Under the pieces are notes generated by a model. The model did no database searches. It had not been told where the DNA came from and saw only the letters and a program-made list of their open reading frames with translations. Both the position numbers and the translations under genes were made by a program. A DNA stretch of 64,000 nt from positions 1-64,000 of the forward strand of contig CBDBHB010000004.1 of NCBI GenBank assembly GCA_965205505.1, written 5' to 3'. Source of the DNA: Acidobacteriota bacterium. GTDB lineage: Bacteria > Acidobacteriota > UBA890 > WLXD01. This document shows, piece by piece, positions 58,917-64,000 of the stretch; the stretch's first letter is position 1, and each line of letters starts with the position of its first letter.

Positions 58917-60326
58917 CTACGACACTAGGGGTTGCGCCTCGCCTGGCTCCGGTTCCGCAGTGGGCAAGTGCACCGGCAGGAGCACCCGGCCTTCTTGGAC
59001 GACGAGCTCGCCGTCTCGTACCACCGAGACCACGTTGGCAAGGTCGCGGATGCGCTCGTCCGGACGACCGTCGACAACAATCACATCGGCCAGCTTGCCA
59101 ACCTCGATCGTGCCTAACTTATCGTCCATGTCGAGGATCTCGGCACCGGTGCGCGTCGCCGCTACGAGAGCCTCCGGAATGCTCATCCCGGCCTCGATCA
59201 TGAACTCGAGCTCGCGGATGTACGGACTCGGCAGATAACGGAACCATTCGGCGATCAGATCGGTACCGACGCCGATCTTCACGCCGGCCTCTCGCAACCG
59301 GCGCAGCACGTCGAAGTTGGCCTGTTTGGAGAACGTGAAACGACGCGAGGTGGAACCGAAATAACCACCCGACATGTCGAAGATGTACACATACGGGATC
59401 AGTGTCGGCACCGCCATGGTGCCGCTGTCGACCATACGCTGGATGGTGCCGTCGGTGCGCGGCAGCGGGTGTTCGATGATGTCTACGCCCGCCTCGATAG
59501 CCCGATCAATGTAGAAAGTCTCGGCGTCGGCGGTAACGCGGATACCGAGATCGTGTGCCTCCTCGACGGCAGCCGCCGCCTCCGCCGTGGTGAAATGGCT
59601 GGCGATCTTGATCAGGTCTGCCCCGGCCTTCAGCTGCTCGCGCACCGCATTGCGCCAGTCTTCGGGTCCCGAAGCTTCACGGATCGTGCCCCGCGCAGGC
59701 GAATGCTCGTCGACCCCCTCGGCTCCGTGTCCGCCCGTCCCAGTGATCAGCTGTCCCGCCGCGAACACCCGCGGCCCCGGCAGTCGGTGCGCCGCAACCC
59801 AGTCTTTGAGGCGGAAGGGGACGTCGCCGTCCGACCCCGTGTCCCGTACCGAGGTAATCCCGCTTTGGATATATACACGTAGCCGCTCCATGCCGCGCAG
59901 CGCCTGGTCGGCGGGGCTGCGGCCGATCGCCGGGAAGACACCGGGCTCGTCGTACGACAGGTGTACGTGCAGGTCGATGAGGCCAGGCAACACGGTCTTG
60001 CCCGCCGCATCCACCACCACGGCATCTTGCGGCCAGTCGGCGTCGGCCGGGGCGCTGATGCGGGCGATGCGGTTTCCTTCCACCACCACCGTCGCCTGGC
60101 GCGCCGGCGCCCCCGTACCATCGAACACACGGCCCCCGACGATCACCAGGTTGCCCTCCCAGGGGCTGTAACCAGCCGGCATGGGGATCCGGCGCGGATC
60201 GTCCGTGGTGGTCGTCGATCGATCCAGGTGCTGGCGACGCTGTTGCTGCGCCCCCGCACCTGCAGCGAAGGCGCCCACGAGAACCACCGACAGGACTAGC
60301 GGAAACCGTCCGATGTACGCTCGCAC
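58917..60326 (-). CDS. Secreted amidohydrolase family protein
   Basis: LPGLIDLHVH, GITSVRD, DLIKI, IEH, VGTD, GTIEVGKLAD. Confidence 0.9.
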   Translation of the reverse strand: MRAYIGRFPLVLSVVLVGAFAAGAGAQQQRRQHLDRSTTTTDDPRRIPMPAGYSPWEGNLVIVGGRVFDGTGAPARQATVVVEGNRIARISAPADADWPQDAVVVDAAGKTVLPGLIDLHVHLSYDEPGVFPAIGRSPADQALRGMERLRVYIQSGITSVRDTGSDGDVPFRLKDWVAAHRLPGPRVFAAGQLITGTGGHGAEGVDEHSPARGTIREASGPEDWRNAVREQLKAGADLIKIASHFTTAEAAAAVEEAHDLGIRVTADAETFYIDRAIEAGVDIIEHPLPRTDGTIQRMVDSGTMAVPTLIPYVYIFDMSGGYFGSTSRRFTFSKQANFDVLRRLREAGVKIGVGTDLIAEWFRYLPSPYIRELEFMIEAGMSIPEALVAATRTGAEILDMDDKLGTIEVGKLADVIVVDGRPDERIRDLANVVSVVRDGELVVQEGRVLLPVHLPTAEPEPGEAQPLVS

Positions 60327-60471
60327 GTCGCCTCCTTCTTGCCGGCCGCGTCAATACGCGGCGGGATCTCTGCTCTTGCGGTTGCGCGATGGCCGAGGGC
60401 CAAGGTGTCGTGTTTCTGCCGGACGGGAGCTCCCAGCGGTTCGTTTTGGTGAAGTCGGCGAGCCTAACGGG

Positions 60472-61146
60472 CTAGTCGATGGCGAAGCAGTAGAACAAGC
60501 CGTCGCCGCCGGTGCCTTGCAGGTCTTCCTGGCCGCAGCCACGCGAGCCGTGCGCCGAGTTCCACGACGTGGGGTTGTCGCCGCCGCCGCTGCGATCGAA
60601 GTGTCCCACCAGAGCGCTGCCCTCGCTACGACTAGTCCAGTTGCCGCAGGTGTGGTCCTCACCGTCGGAAAGCAACGTGCCGTCCATCTGAACACCGGTG
60701 AGAATGTCGTGACGGTTGGGACTGTCGCCACGACCCTTCACCATGTCGCCGTTCTCGGTAAGAACGGTCTCCTTGGTCATGTTGTTGTCGCCATGGAGAT
60801 TGTCCACATCGGTGGCCACGACCACGCCGCTCACATTGCGCCACGGCCCACTACCGATGCGGTCGCCAGCGTTGACCGCCGGCTGGCCGTCGGCCGCGCC
60901 GGCACCGAGATATGCCCGCCACGTGCTATCCCCTGCACCAACCGCCCGCGCCAGCATCTCGCAACGCGTGTCGGCACCCGCCAGACCGCCCAGATCGGCA
61001 CCGTTGCCACCTCCCGAGCTCGTGATGAAGAAACTCATCTCGCTCGCCTGGCGGCTGGGCGCCACCGCCGCGATCGCCTCCAGTGCGGAGTCGGTGAGCG
61101 TCGCGAGCAACATCAAAGCCATTCCCAGGACCACGATCTTTCTCAT
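60472..61146 (-). CDS. Secreted lectin-like (endostatin/C-type-lectin-fold) protein
   Basis: FFITS, DLGGLAGADTRC, WRAYL, HDILTG, CGNW, WNSAH, LFYCFA. Confidence 0.75.
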   Translation of the reverse strand: MRKIVVLGMALMLLATLTDSALEAIAAVAPSRQASEMSFFITSSGGGNGADLGGLAGADTRCEMLARAVGAGDSTWRAYLGAGAADGQPAVNAGDRIGSGPWRNVSGVVVATDVDNLHGDNNMTKETVLTENGDMVKGRGDSPNRHDILTGVQMDGTLLSDGEDHTCGNWTSRSEGSALVGHFDRSGGGDNPTSWNSAHGSRGCGQEDLQGTGGDGLFYCFAID

Positions 61147-61238
61147 ATCCAGCTCCTCATACCGAAGTGCACAGTGTGTTCGCGCCGGAGTCTACGGAAA
61201 ATACGGCCCGCCAGCAAAGGCGCGGCTCCCCCGGCCTG

Positions 61239-61994
61239 CTAAGACCTCGCGCCGTTGGCTTTGATCGTCGCCGATACGTACGCCGACAGGCCTTCCGCGT
61301 GCTTGTCGAAGGCCTCTGAGAATCGGTGGTCTGTGACGTACATCTCGGCGAGCCCAGCGTGCATCTGCGGGCTACAAGCATAGAACCAGCGATCGATGTG
61401 TTGCCTGTGCAGCTCCGCTGCCGCCATCGCTGCTTCGGAATCGGGCGGGTCGCCAGCGGCCAAGCGCGCCGCCAGCTACTCGACGATCGCGCCGCTCTCA
61501 GCCTTGATTGCCTTCCAGTCGTCAGACCCATAGTCGCGCGTACGCCGCTGCGCCGCGGCCCAAGCGGGTGTCGTTCCCCACCGTTCCTGCGCCTCGGCTT
61601 CGTGTTGCTCTGACTCGAATCCCTCGAACAGGTCCTCGATGGCCATTGATGTCTCTCCTTCAGGGAAGCCCAGCATGCGGTCGATTGTCGCCACCAGCAC
61701 CTCGGTGTCCTTCAAACGCTGCGCTAAGTGCCTTCGGTGCGCGCGCAGCGCGGCGCGGATATCGAAGTCGGGCGCGTCGAGAACGCGGCGGATCTCCTCG
61801 AGGGCCATGCCGAGCTGGCGATGGAATCGAATCTGTTGGAGGCGCTCGATGTCTTGGCCGGTGTAAAGGCGGTATCCGGCTCGGCTGCGAGCCGACGGTC
61901 GCAGCAGGCCGATCTCGTCGTAGTGGTGCAGGGTGCGAACGGTCACCCTTGCGATCCGCGCGACCGATCCCACTTTGTACGTGTACCTGGACAT
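61239..61994 (-). pseudogene. TipA/Mta-like MerR regulator (TipAS domain) split by an in-frame TAG at 61476-61478
   Basis: VRTLHHYDEIGLL, GYRLY, EAQERWG; ...GAIVE*LAARLAAG continues to HRQHIDRWFYACS..MHAGLAEMYVTDHRF. Confidence 0.85.
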
Positions 61995-62010
61995 CGCTTC
62001 CTCTGAAAGG

Positions 62011-62041
62011 ATCGTCGTGCCTCACGCAAGGTGAGGGTCAA
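62011..62041 (-). promoter_or_regulatory. MerR-type promoter/operator
   Basis: -35 TTGACC, 19-bp spacer overlapping the palindrome CCTCAC-N5-GTGAGG, -10 GACGAT. Confidence 0.75.
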
Positions 62042-62195
62042 GCTTCTGGTCGGAGAATTATAACCCTCGACCGACAGAACCATCGCAACGGCACCATGGC
62101 AACGGCATCGTGCAGACCCGCGATAGTGGACGAGTAAACTGGGCGCATGCTCGAGAGCGACCTCATCCAGGCGGACGCTGCACCCTTGTCGAGTC

Positions 62196-63665
62196 GTGCC
62201 TGAGGCCATCGAACGCTGGCGCTTGGCGTCCGATCTCAACATCTCGCGCGTGCTCACCGGCCTGTGGCAGATCGCCGACATGGAGCGCGACGGCCGTCCG
62301 GTCGACCGCGCCGGCGCCGCCCGCGCCATGGAACCGTACGTCGAGGCTGGCTTCACCACCTTCGACATGGCCGACCACTACGGCTCGGCGGAGGAGATTG
62401 CCGGCGAGTTCGTCCAGCGGCACGGCGCCGACTCGGTTCAGCTGCTGACCAAGTGGGTACCCAAGCCCGGAGCAACCAGCCGCGATGACGTCCGCGCCGC
62501 GGTTGAGCTGGCTTTGGAGCGGCTGCGCAGCGACCGCATCGACCTGCTTCAGTTCCACACCTGGAACTACGCCGACCCCGGCTACCTGGACACCCTCCTC
62601 TACCTACAGGAGCTCAAGGAGGAGGGGCTCATTGGCCACCTCGGGCTCACCAACGTGGACACACCGCATCTCAGGATCCTCATCCACAGCGGCATTGAGG
62701 TGGTCTCCAACCAGGTGTCGTTCTCGCTCCTCGATCAGCGCTGTCGCGTCAACGGCATGACCGAGCTGTGTCGGCAGCACGGCATCACGCTGCTGGCGTT
62801 CGGCACGCTCGCCGGGGGATTCCTCGGCGAGCGCTGGCTGGACCGGCCGGAGCCCGACTGGGAGGACCTCGAGACCTGGTCGCAGATGAAGTACGGCCGG
62901 TTCATTCGCACCGCCGGCGGGTGGGAAGCGTTTCAGGCGCTGCTTCGTGTGGTGCAGGCTGTTGCCACACGCCACGAGGTCTCGATGGCGAACGTCGCCT
63001 GCCGCTACATCCTCGATCAACCCGCCGTCGGCGGCGTGATCCTGGGGGCGCGCCTCGGCGTCAGCGAACACCGCGATGACAATACCCGACTGTTCGAGCT
63101 CGCCCTCGATGAGGCGGGCCGATCGGAGATCGACGCGGCGGTAGCTCGACTCGACCCAATACCCGGCGACTGCGGCGACGAGTACCGACGAGCACCGTTC
63201 CTGACCGCGACGGGCGACCTCAGCCACCACATCGAAAGCCTCCCGCCCCCCTACGAGGCATGCCGTGGCGTCGACGGTCGCACCCGGGTGCTCACCGGCA
63301 CGGTCTGGGAAGATCTCGCCGGCTTCAGTCGGGCGGTGCGCCAGGGCGATCGGATCATGGTTTCCGGAACCACCGCTACGCACGGTAAGCGACTGATTGG
63401 CGGCAACGACGCCGAAGCGCAGACGCACTTCCTGATCGACAAGATCGAGGGCGCCTTACAATCGTTGGGCGCGCGGCTCAACGATGTGATCCGAACTCGC
63501 GTCTACATCAACAACGAGGCCGACTGGGAGCCGGTCTGCCGGATCCACGGCGATCGGTTTCGCCACATCCTGCCGGCGAATACCCTGGTCCAGTCCGGGA
63601 TCATCGGATCCGGGTATCTCGTCGAGATGGAGGTAGAGGCATGGCTAACGGCAGATCGACGCTGA
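62196..63665 (+). CDS. Aldo/keto reductase fused to a C-terminal RidA/YjgF domain
   Basis: GLWQ, FDMADHYG, TKW, IDLLQFH, GLTN, SNQV; C-terminus WEDLAGFSRAVR, VSGTT, VIRTRVY, LVEMEVEA. Confidence 0.88.
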   Translation: MPEAIERWRLASDLNISRVLTGLWQIADMERDGRPVDRAGAARAMEPYVEAGFTTFDMADHYGSAEEIAGEFVQRHGADSVQLLTKWVPKPGATSRDDVRAAVELALERLRSDRIDLLQFHTWNYADPGYLDTLLYLQELKEEGLIGHLGLTNVDTPHLRILIHSGIEVVSNQVSFSLLDQRCRVNGMTELCRQHGITLLAFGTLAGGFLGERWLDRPEPDWEDLETWSQMKYGRFIRTAGGWEAFQALLRVVQAVATRHEVSMANVACRYILDQPAVGGVILGARLGVSEHRDDNTRLFELALDEAGRSEIDAAVARLDPIPGDCGDEYRRAPFLTATGDLSHHIESLPPPYEACRGVDGRTRVLTGTVWEDLAGFSRAVRQGDRIMVSGTTATHGKRLIGGNDAEAQTHFLIDKIEGALQSLGARLNDVIRTRVYINNEADWEPVCRIHGDRFRHILPANTLVQSGIIGSGYLVEMEVEAWLTADRR

Positions 63666-64000
63666 GCGTGGCACTCGTCGTCATCGGGGTGATTTTCCTT
63701 GTCGGCTTGTATCCGCTGACGGTGCTGTGGCCGGCGGGGTTCATGTGGGAGCCTCGGCAGGCCGAGTATGAGCAGATGATCCTCATCACGTTCGCCGTGC
63801 TCGGAGTGTTCTTGCTCAGGGCGTCGCGCAACCCGTCCGAGCACCTCAGCCTGATTGCCTTTACCGCCTGGTCCAGCCTGGCGCATGGGCTGCTGATGGC
63901 CTATCAAGCGTTCAACGACCCGGCGGAGTCGGCCAACCTGATGGGCGATGTCCCGGCGCTCATTTTGATCGGAGTCGTCCTGCTAGTGTTGATGAGGCGT
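63641..64000 (+). CDS. Small membrane protein (DUF6632-like); 3' end runs off the window
   Basis: Manual translation: MANGRSTLSVALVVIGVIFLVGLYPLTVLWPAGFMWEP...YEQMI...ASRNPSEHLSLIAFTAWSSLAHG...GDVPAL. Confidence 0.7.
   Translation, partial: MANGRSTLSVALVVIGVIFLVGLYPLTVLWPAGFMWEPRQAEYEQMILITFAVLGVFLLRASRNPSEHLSLIAFTAWSSLAHGLLMAYQAFNDPAESANLMGDVPALILIGVVLLVLMRR

Noticed and set aside
19165-61478. Genome-wide TAG recoding (pyrrolysine or Gln)
   Set aside because: TAG terminates many intact genes here, the internal TAGs map to different expected residues, two of them are in dead IS fragments, and no pyl genes are in the window
1-64000. CRISPR array
   Set aside because: No regularly spaced direct repeats and no cas genes were seen

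Overview
GC-rich bacterial window. The gene content (Oar-type TonB receptor, CRTAC1/ASPIC-UnbV, sulfatase-TPR, DUF1592/DUF1552 cluster, remnants of 'ELKRLVP' kinase tails) resembles Acidobacteriota; this is an inference. About 45 CDSs were found, including a UGA-recoded redoxin selenoprotein (W-U-P-K-C with a downstream SECIS-like hairpin) that the ORF track splits in two. Other loci are an MFS-FGGY kinase-class II aldolase-HAD sugar operon, a DUF1592 diheme-DUF1552-ankyrin-NHL operon, a DUF1326x2-DUF2182 metal-binding locus, and a GntR-linked TonB receptor / Thr-type sulfatase-TPR / CRTAC1 / TPR locus. Two families of TAG-bounded palindromic miniature elements share an internal core and sit repeatedly on TAG stop codons. 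The window also has an intact IS3, IS3 and IS6 remnants, a truncated P4-like integrase, tRNA-fragment att scars, and many genes broken by nonsense changes or deletions. All family assignments come from motif recognition by eye; no database search was run.
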